The notes beneath the pieces were generated by a model, which made no database searches, had not been told where the DNA came from, and saw only the letters and a program-made list of their open reading frames with translations. DNA of 64,000 nt from Halothiobacillus sp. (lineage in GTDB: Bacteria; Pseudomonadota; Gammaproteobacteria; JAAZVP01): positions 5,353 through 69,352 of the forward strand of contig JAAZVP010000006.1 in NCBI GenBank assembly GCA_018623495.1, in the 5' to 3' direction. How positions within the stretch are numbered: the stretch's first letter is position 1; every line of letters begins with the position of its first letter. Shown here piece by piece: positions 58,822-64,000 of this stretch. The translations under genes were made by a program, and so were the position numbers.

Positions 58822-60018
58822 TCAGAACTCCCTGACCAGGCGAAAGCCCAGGTTGAGGTCGAACTCCCCCAGCTGGCGCGCGCGCCGCGAGGCGCTGCGA
58901 CAGGCATCGGGACCGTCGAACCAGGAACCGCCGCGGACCACGCGCAGGCTCGGGTTCTCGCCACCGGCACTGGCGATGCTGCCGTCACGCGGGGTGGCGG
59001 CGTAGCTCTCGCGCCAGTGATCCTGGACGAATTCCTGCACGTTGCCGTGCATCTCGTGCAGCCCCCAGCGGTTGGCCGGCATGGAGCCCACCGGCACCGG
59101 CCGCCCCAGGCCGCAGAGGAACAGCCCGCGGGTGCAGTGCAGCCCGCCGCTGCAGTTGACCTCGTGGCGGTGGATCTTGTCGCCGAAGGCGAAGGCCGCC
59201 GCGGTGCCCGCGCGGGCGGCGTACTCCCACTCGCCCTCGGTGGGCAGGCGGTAGAGCTCGCCGGTGCGGCGCGAGAGCCAGCGCGCGTATTCGCAGGCCT
59301 CCTCCCAGGTGACGTTGATCACCGGCATGCTGCCGCTGGTCCAGCGGCCGTAGGGCTGGGGCAGCGGGTGCCCCGCGTCCCGGCAGAAGGCCTCGAACTG
59401 GGCGTAGGTCACCGCGTGGCGGGCGATGGCGAAGGGCCGCTCGAAGCCCACCTTGTGCAGGGGCTCCTCGCAGGCCTCGTGGGCATACTCGTCCACCGGC
59501 GACCCCATGAAGAAGCTGCCCGGGGGGATCACCGCCATCTCGGGCACCCGCGCATCGCCGGGCGCATCACGGAAGAAGACCGCCACACCCAGCGACTCGG
59601 CCGCCTGGCGCTGGTGCTCGCGCACCTGCTCGGCATCGGCGCCGTGGAGCGAGTCCGAGCGCCAGCGCTTGACCGCGTCCATCACCAGCGTGCGGCGATC
59701 GCCCGCCAGCGCCTCCAGGCCCGGAAAGACCGTCCCCGCCAGCTCGAAGTAGTGACGCGCATCGCCCCGCAGGCCATCCGCCTCGAGGGCCTCGGCCCGC
59801 CGGCAGTAGACCTCCGCGATCCGCTTGCGGCCCTCGTCGGGGAAGGGGTCGCCCGGCAACAGGCGCTCGATCTCGGCAAGCGCGGTGAGCGCGTCGTCCT
59901 CGCCGCCGCTCAACCGCCCCTCCTCCAGGCGCCGCTCGAAGCGGGCGCGCAGCAGTGCTGCTCGCTTCTCGGTGCCGAGCCCGTTGTTCCGGTCCTGCGC
60001 CACGTCTCGAGTACGCAT
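58822..60018 (-). CDS. Formylglycine-generating-enzyme (FGE/SUMF1) domain protein with a helical N-terminal extension
   Basis: EMAVIPPGSFFMGSP...V.F.RPFAIARH.VTYAQF..F...........PV..V.W.EA..YA.WLS..TG..YRLPTEGEWEYAARAGT...WGLH.MHGNV.EFV.D.W...RV.RGGSW. No signal peptide. Confidence 0.8.
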   Translation of the reverse strand: MRTRDVAQDRNNGLGTEKRAALLRARFERRLEEGRLSGGEDDALTALAEIERLLPGDPFPDEGRKRIAEVYCRRAEALEADGLRGDARHYFELAGTVFPGLEALAGDRRTLVMDAVKRWRSDSLHGADAEQVREHQRQAAESLGVAVFFRDAPGDARVPEMAVIPPGSFFMGSPVDEYAHEACEEPLHKVGFERPFAIARHAVTYAQFEAFCRDAGHPLPQPYGRWTSGSMPVINVTWEEACEYARWLSRRTGELYRLPTEGEWEYAARAGTAAAFAFGDKIHRHEVNCSGGLHCTRGLFLCGLGRPVPVGSMPANRWGLHEMHGNVQEFVQDHWRESYAATPRDGSIASAGGENPSLRVVRGGSWFDGPDACRSASRRARQLGEFDLNLGFRLVREF

Positions 60019-60217
60019 CACCACCCCCACGCGCGGAGAAAATGGAGCCGTCATTCTAGCGTCGCCGGGCGCCGAGCGCGACCGCCGCCGGCGAACCCGG
60101 CGAATCGGCCACGCCCGCGCACCGCGGGGAATGACCTCGGCGGCTTGCATGGGGCCCTTCGCTCCGTGATCATACGCTGCCACCCACTGCCAACGACCAC
60201 AACCGACCCGACTGCCC

Positions 60218-61180
60218 ATGCTCATCCATATCGCTGCCGTGCTCGGCGGGCTGATCGTGCTCGTCTGGAGCGCCGACCGCTTCGTTCTCGGCGCCTCGGC
60301 CACCGCCCGCAACCTGGGCCTGGCGCCGCTGATCATCGGCCTGACCATCGTCGCGGTGGGCACTTCCTTCCCCGAGCTGATGATCTCCTCGCTGGCCGCC
60401 CTGCAGGGCAACCCGGGGCTGGCCATCGGCAACGCCATCGGCTCCAACATCGCCAACATCGCCCTGATCCTGGGCTTCACCGCGGTGGTGGCCCCGCTCA
60501 CCGTGCGCTCGATGACGCTCAAGCGCGAGATGCCCCTGCTGGGCGGGGTGATGGTGTTCGCCTACCTGGTGCTGGCCGACCACCACCTGTCGGTCACCGA
60601 CGGCGTGCTGATGATCGGCGCCCTGGTCCTGCTGCTGTTCTGGCTCACCACCGAGGCCCTGCGTGCCAGTGCCGACGATCCCCTGCGCGAGGAGGTCGCC
60701 GCCGAGGTGCCCGAGCCGATGCCCATGACCCGAGCGATCTCCTGGCTGGTACTGGGCCTGGTGCTGCTGCTGGCCAGCTCCAAGGCGATGGTCTGGGGGG
60801 CCTCCAACATCGCCAGCGCCCTGGGGGTGAGCGACCTGGTCATCGGCCTGACCATCGTCGCCATCGGCACCAGCCTGCCGGAACTCGCCTCCGCCGTGGC
60901 CAGCGTGCGCAAGAACGAGCACGATCTCGCCATCGGCAACGTGATCGGCTCGAACTTCTTCAACACCCTGGGGGTGATCGGCATCCCCGCCCTGCTCCAA
61001 CCGGGGGCGGTGGAGGCAACCGCGGTGGACCGCGACCTGATGATCAACATCGGCCTGACCATCATGCTGGTGGCCATGGCCGCCGGCCTGCGCCAGCGCA
61101 ACCGCATCCTCAAGGCGGAGGGGGCGGTGCTGCTGGCCTGCTTCGGCGCCTACCAGACCATGCTCTTCTTCTCCGCGTGA
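60218..61180 (+). CDS. yrbG: Ca2+/Na+ antiporter (CaCA family, YrbG-like)
   Basis: Two alpha-repeats: GLTIVAVGTSFPELMISS and GLTIVAIGTSLPELASAV...GNVIGSNFFN. Position upstream of kdsD. Confidence 0.88.
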   Translation: MLIHIAAVLGGLIVLVWSADRFVLGASATARNLGLAPLIIGLTIVAVGTSFPELMISSLAALQGNPGLAIGNAIGSNIANIALILGFTAVVAPLTVRSMTLKREMPLLGGVMVFAYLVLADHHLSVTDGVLMIGALVLLLFWLTTEALRASADDPLREEVAAEVPEPMPMTRAISWLVLGLVLLLASSKAMVWGASNIASALGVSDLVIGLTIVAIGTSLPELASAVASVRKNEHDLAIGNVIGSNFFNTLGVIGIPALLQPGAVEATAVDRDLMINIGLTIMLVAMAAGLRQRNRILKAEGAVLLACFGAYQTMLFFSA

Positions 61181-61182
61181 CC

Positions 61183-62154
61183 ATGGACGAGACCCGACTC
61201 ATCGAACTCGCCCGCGCCGTGCTCGAGACCGAGGCGGAGGCCGTGCGCCGGCTCACCGACCGCCTCGACGATGCCTTCGTCGGCGCCTGCCGGCGGATGC
61301 TGGAATGCCGCGGCCGGGTCGTGGTCACCGGCATGGGCAAGTCCGGCCACGTGGGCAACAAGATCGCCGCCACCCTGGCCTCCACCGGCACGCCGGCGTT
61401 CTTCGTCCACCCCGGCGAGGCCAGCCACGGCGACCTGGGGATGATCGTCCCCGGCGACGTGGTGCTGGCGCTGTCCAATTCCGGCGAGACCGCCGAGCTG
61501 CTCACCATCCTGCCGGTGCTCAAGCGCCGCGGCGTGGCGCTGATCGCCATGACCGGGCGGCCGGGCTCGTCGCTGGCGCGGGAGGCCGATTTCCACCTGG
61601 ATGCCGGCGTCGACGGGGAGGCCTGCCCCCTGGGGCTGGCGCCCACCGCCAGCACCACCGCCGCCCTGGCACTGGGCGATGCACTGGCGGTGTCGCTGCT
61701 GGAATCGCGGGGCTTCACCCGCGAGGACTTCGCCTTCTCCCACCCCGGTGGCGCGCTGGGGCGGCGACTGCTGCTGCACGTGGCCGACGTGATGCACACC
61801 GGCAGCCGGATCCCGCGGGTGGTGGCCAGCGCGCCGATCAAGGACGCGCTGGTGGAGATCAGCCGCAAGGGCCTGGGGATGACGGCGGTGGTCGACGAGC
61901 ACGACCGCCTGGCGGGGATCTACACCGACGGCGACCTGCGGCGCACCCTGGACCACAACGTCGACGTGCACGACACGCCCATCGGCGAGGTGATGACCCG
62001 CGGCGCGCGCACCACCCGTCCCGACCGCCTGGCCGCCGAGGCCCTGCACGTCATGGAGACGCACAAGATCAACGGCCTGCTGGTCACCGACGAGGCCGAC
62101 CGGCTGGTGGGAGCACTCAACATGCACGACCTGCTGCGGGCAGGCGTGGTCTGA
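61183..62154 (+). CDS. kdsD: Arabinose-5-phosphate isomerase (SIS domain plus two CBS domains)
   Basis: GRVVVTGMGKSGHVGNKIAATLASTGTPAFFVHPGEASHGDLGM...ISNSGET.E......LKR.G..LI..TG, followed by CBS pairs. Confidence 0.93.
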   Translation: MDETRLIELARAVLETEAEAVRRLTDRLDDAFVGACRRMLECRGRVVVTGMGKSGHVGNKIAATLASTGTPAFFVHPGEASHGDLGMIVPGDVVLALSNSGETAELLTILPVLKRRGVALIAMTGRPGSSLAREADFHLDAGVDGEACPLGLAPTASTTAALALGDALAVSLLESRGFTREDFAFSHPGGALGRRLLLHVADVMHTGSRIPRVVASAPIKDALVEISRKGLGMTAVVDEHDRLAGIYTDGDLRRTLDHNVDVHDTPIGEVMTRGARTTRPDRLAAEALHVMETHKINGLLVTDEADRLVGALNMHDLLRAGVV

Positions 62155-62207
62155 ACCGCAACGGCAAGAGACTCAAGGCGGGCCGCCACCCGCCCGGGGA
62201 CCGAAAG

Positions 62208-62732
62208 ATGCAGGACATACTGGAAAAGGCTTCGCAGATCCGCCTGGTGCTGTTCGACGTCGACGGCGTGCTCACCGACGGACGGCTGTTCTTCGGCGAC
62301 CACGGCGAGCAGTACAAGGCCTTCCACTCCCGCGACGGCCACGGCATGCGCATGCTCCAGGAGGCGGGCGTCTCGCTGGGGATCATCACCGGACGCCAGT
62401 CGCAGGTGGTCACCCACCGGATGGAGGAGCTGGGCATCGAGCACGTCTACCAGGGCTGCCGGGAGAAGCTGCCCTTCTTCGAATCGCTCTGCGAGCGCCT
62501 GGCCATCCCCACCGACACCATCGCCTACATGGGCGACGACGTGGTCGACCTGCCGGTGATGCGCCGGGTGGGCTTCGCCGCGACCGTCGCCGACGCCCAC
62601 CCGCTGGTGAAGCGCCATGCCCACTGGGTAGCCGAGCATGCCGGCGGCCAGGGCGCGGCACGCGATCTCTGCGAGCTGATCCTGGAGGGCCGCGGCCAGC
62701 TCGACACCATCCTCGGCCGCTACCTGGAGTGA
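62208..62732 (+). CDS. kdsC: 3-deoxy-D-manno-octulosonate 8-phosphate phosphatase
   Basis: IRLVLFDVDGVLTDGRLFF...G.E.KAF..RDG.G...L...G....IITGR.S..V..R...LGI.H.YQG...K......Y.GDD..DLPVM..VG. Confidence 0.92.
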   Translation: MQDILEKASQIRLVLFDVDGVLTDGRLFFGDHGEQYKAFHSRDGHGMRMLQEAGVSLGIITGRQSQVVTHRMEELGIEHVYQGCREKLPFFESLCERLAIPTDTIAYMGDDVVDLPVMRRVGFAATVADAHPLVKRHAHWVAEHAGGQGAARDLCELILEGRGQLDTILGRYLE

Positions 62733-62736
62733 GGCG

Positions 62737-63294
62737 GTGCGTGCCACGGTCCTGGCCCTGCTGATCGCCGCCGCGGCGCTGACCGTCTGGCTGCGCTGGG
62801 ACGCCGGCCGCGCGCCGGAGGCCGACGGCCGTCCCGGGGTGGCCGCCGTGGACCAGTCGATGACCGCCTTCAGTGTGCGCGTCACCGACCTCGCCGGCCA
62901 GCCCGAGTACCGCTTCACCGGCGACGCCCTGCGCCACTACAGCCACAACGGCGAGCTGGTGGTGGACAACCCCCGCCTGCACTACGTCGGCGGCGAGGGC
63001 CGCTGGATCCTGGACGCGCCGCGGGCCCGGGCCGACGCCGCCTTCGACGAGATCGTCTTCCAGGGCGCCACCGTCATCCGCGGCCCCGACCTTCCGGACC
63101 GCCCGCCACTGCGGGTGGACACCACCGATCTGGTACTCTACCCGGACCGACGACTGGCGCGCAGCGACTCGCCCACCACCATCACCGCGCCCGAGTGGAG
63201 CAGCCGCTCGGGCGCCTTCGAGGCCGAGCTCGACCGCCAGATCCTGCGACAGACCCAAGCGGTGAACGACCACTATGCCCCAGTCTCGCGATAG
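62737..63294 (+). CDS. lptC: LPS export system protein LptC
   Basis: N-terminal TM anchor, OstA-like beta-jellyroll region. Position between kdsC and lptA. GTG start. Confidence 0.78.
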   Translation: MRATVLALLIAAAALTVWLRWDAGRAPEADGRPGVAAVDQSMTAFSVRVTDLAGQPEYRFTGDALRHYSHNGELVVDNPRLHYVGGEGRWILDAPRARADAAFDEIVFQGATVIRGPDLPDRPPLRVDTTDLVLYPDRRLARSDSPTTITAPEWSSRSGAFEAELDRQILRQTQAVNDHYAPVSR

Positions 63295-63793
63295 CCTGCT
63301 CGGCCTGCTCGCCCTGCTCCTGCTGCCCGGCCTGGCCTGGGGGCTTTCCTCCGACCGCGAGCAGCCGCTGGAGCTGGAGGCCGACCGCAAGGTCACCCGC
63401 TACAAGCAGGGCGTGAGCGAGTACACCGGCTCGGTGCGCCTGGACCAGGGCAGCCTGCACCTGGAGGCCGAGCGCATGACCCTCCATGCCGACAGCGACG
63501 GCGAGCTCGAGCGCATTACCGCCGAGGGCGACCCGGTACGCTTTCGCCAGCTCACCGACGAGCAGGTGGAGGTCCGCGGCGAGAGCCGGCGGATGGAATA
63601 CGACCTCGCCGGCCAACTGCTCACCCTGGAGGACGGCGGCGTGCTCCGCTACGGCGAGGACGTGCTGGAGAGCGACCTGATCGAGTACGAGATGGACACC
63701 GAGGTGCTGCGCGCCGGCGAGCCCGGTGGCGACGACCGCGTCCACATCACCCTCCAGCCCCGCGACGGGGACGACGACGGGGAGCAGCCGTGA
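63275..63793 (+). CDS. lptA: LPS transport periplasmic protein LptA
   Basis: Signal peptide ...[15 protein letters not shown]......Y.G.V...QGSL.L.A.R...H (OstA N-terminal domain). Confidence 0.85.
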   Translation: MPQSRDSLLGLLALLLLPGLAWGLSSDREQPLELEADRKVTRYKQGVSEYTGSVRLDQGSLHLEAERMTLHADSDGELERITAEGDPVRFRQLTDEQVEVRGESRRMEYDLAGQLLTLEDGGVLRYGEDVLESDLIEYEMDTEVLRAGEPGGDDRVHITLQPRDGDDDGEQP

Positions 63794-64000
63794 GCCGGCG
63801 CCTGGTCGTCGAGAACCTGGAGAAGCACTACCGCAAGCGCACCGTGGTCAACGGCGTCTCGCTGCACGTGGACGAGGGCGAGATCGTCGGCCTGCTGGGG
63901 CCCAACGGGGCCGGCAAGACCACCACCTTCTACATGGTGGTGGGCCTGGTCCGCGCCGACGGCGGCGAGATCCGCCTCGACGAACGCCCCATCACCCGCC
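63790..64000 (+). CDS. lptB: LPS export ABC transporter ATP-binding protein LptB (5' part, runs off the window)
   Basis: GTG 63790 overlaps the lptA stop. [50 protein letters not shown]. Confidence 0.92.
   Translation, partial: MSRRLVVENLEKHYRKRTVVNGVSLHVDEGEIVGLLGPNGAGKTTTFYMVVGLVRADGGEIRLDERPITR

Overview
High-GC (by eye about 65-70% G+C) chromosomal segment with gammaproteobacterial gene order. Conserved blocks: rlmE-ftsH, relA, folD, zapD-minCDE, ubiG-HAD-yciK, yciO-scpAB-rluB, yciB-yciI, sspAB-petABC, hisGDC-murA-mlaBCDEF, and divergent yrbG-kdsDC-lptCAB. The sulfide:quinone reductases, bc1 complex and REP-type repeats suggest a sulfur-oxidising Chromatiales/Ectothiorhodospiraceae-like organism; this is a low-confidence inference.

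I call about 80 protein genes, almost all housekeeping. I found no rRNA, tRNA, CRISPR, transposase, integrase or phage genes. All product calls rest on motifs I recognise in the supplied translations and on synteny; no database search was possible. Most long ORFs in the track that lie antisense to these genes are high-GC shadow ORFs.

Items worth a second look, best first:
1. An orphan ParA-type ATPase translationally coupled to a 66-aa proline-rich partner ending in ...VWPD. This looks like a McdAB-type cargo-positioning pair, but no cargo genes are in the window.
2. A 150-bp tandem array made of inverted REP doublets that also copies the 3' end of the upstream fpg-like gene.
3. An HPF/RaiA-cold-shock-domain fusion protein, divergent from a second full-length FtsH paralogue.
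4. Two tandem squalene/phytoene-synthase-fold genes, both lacking the Asp-rich motifs, inserted into the conserved ubiG-HAD-yciK block.
5. A Tat-signal type II (SQOR-like) SQR next to a type I SQR.
6. An FGE-domain gene plus a DUF72-like gene wedged between mlaF and yrbG.
7. A translationally coupled sulfotransferase-NUDIX pair.
8. Two unannotated micro-ORFs: a 39-aa single-TM protein and a 27-aa lipoprotein.

None of these can be shown to be novel from sequence alone.
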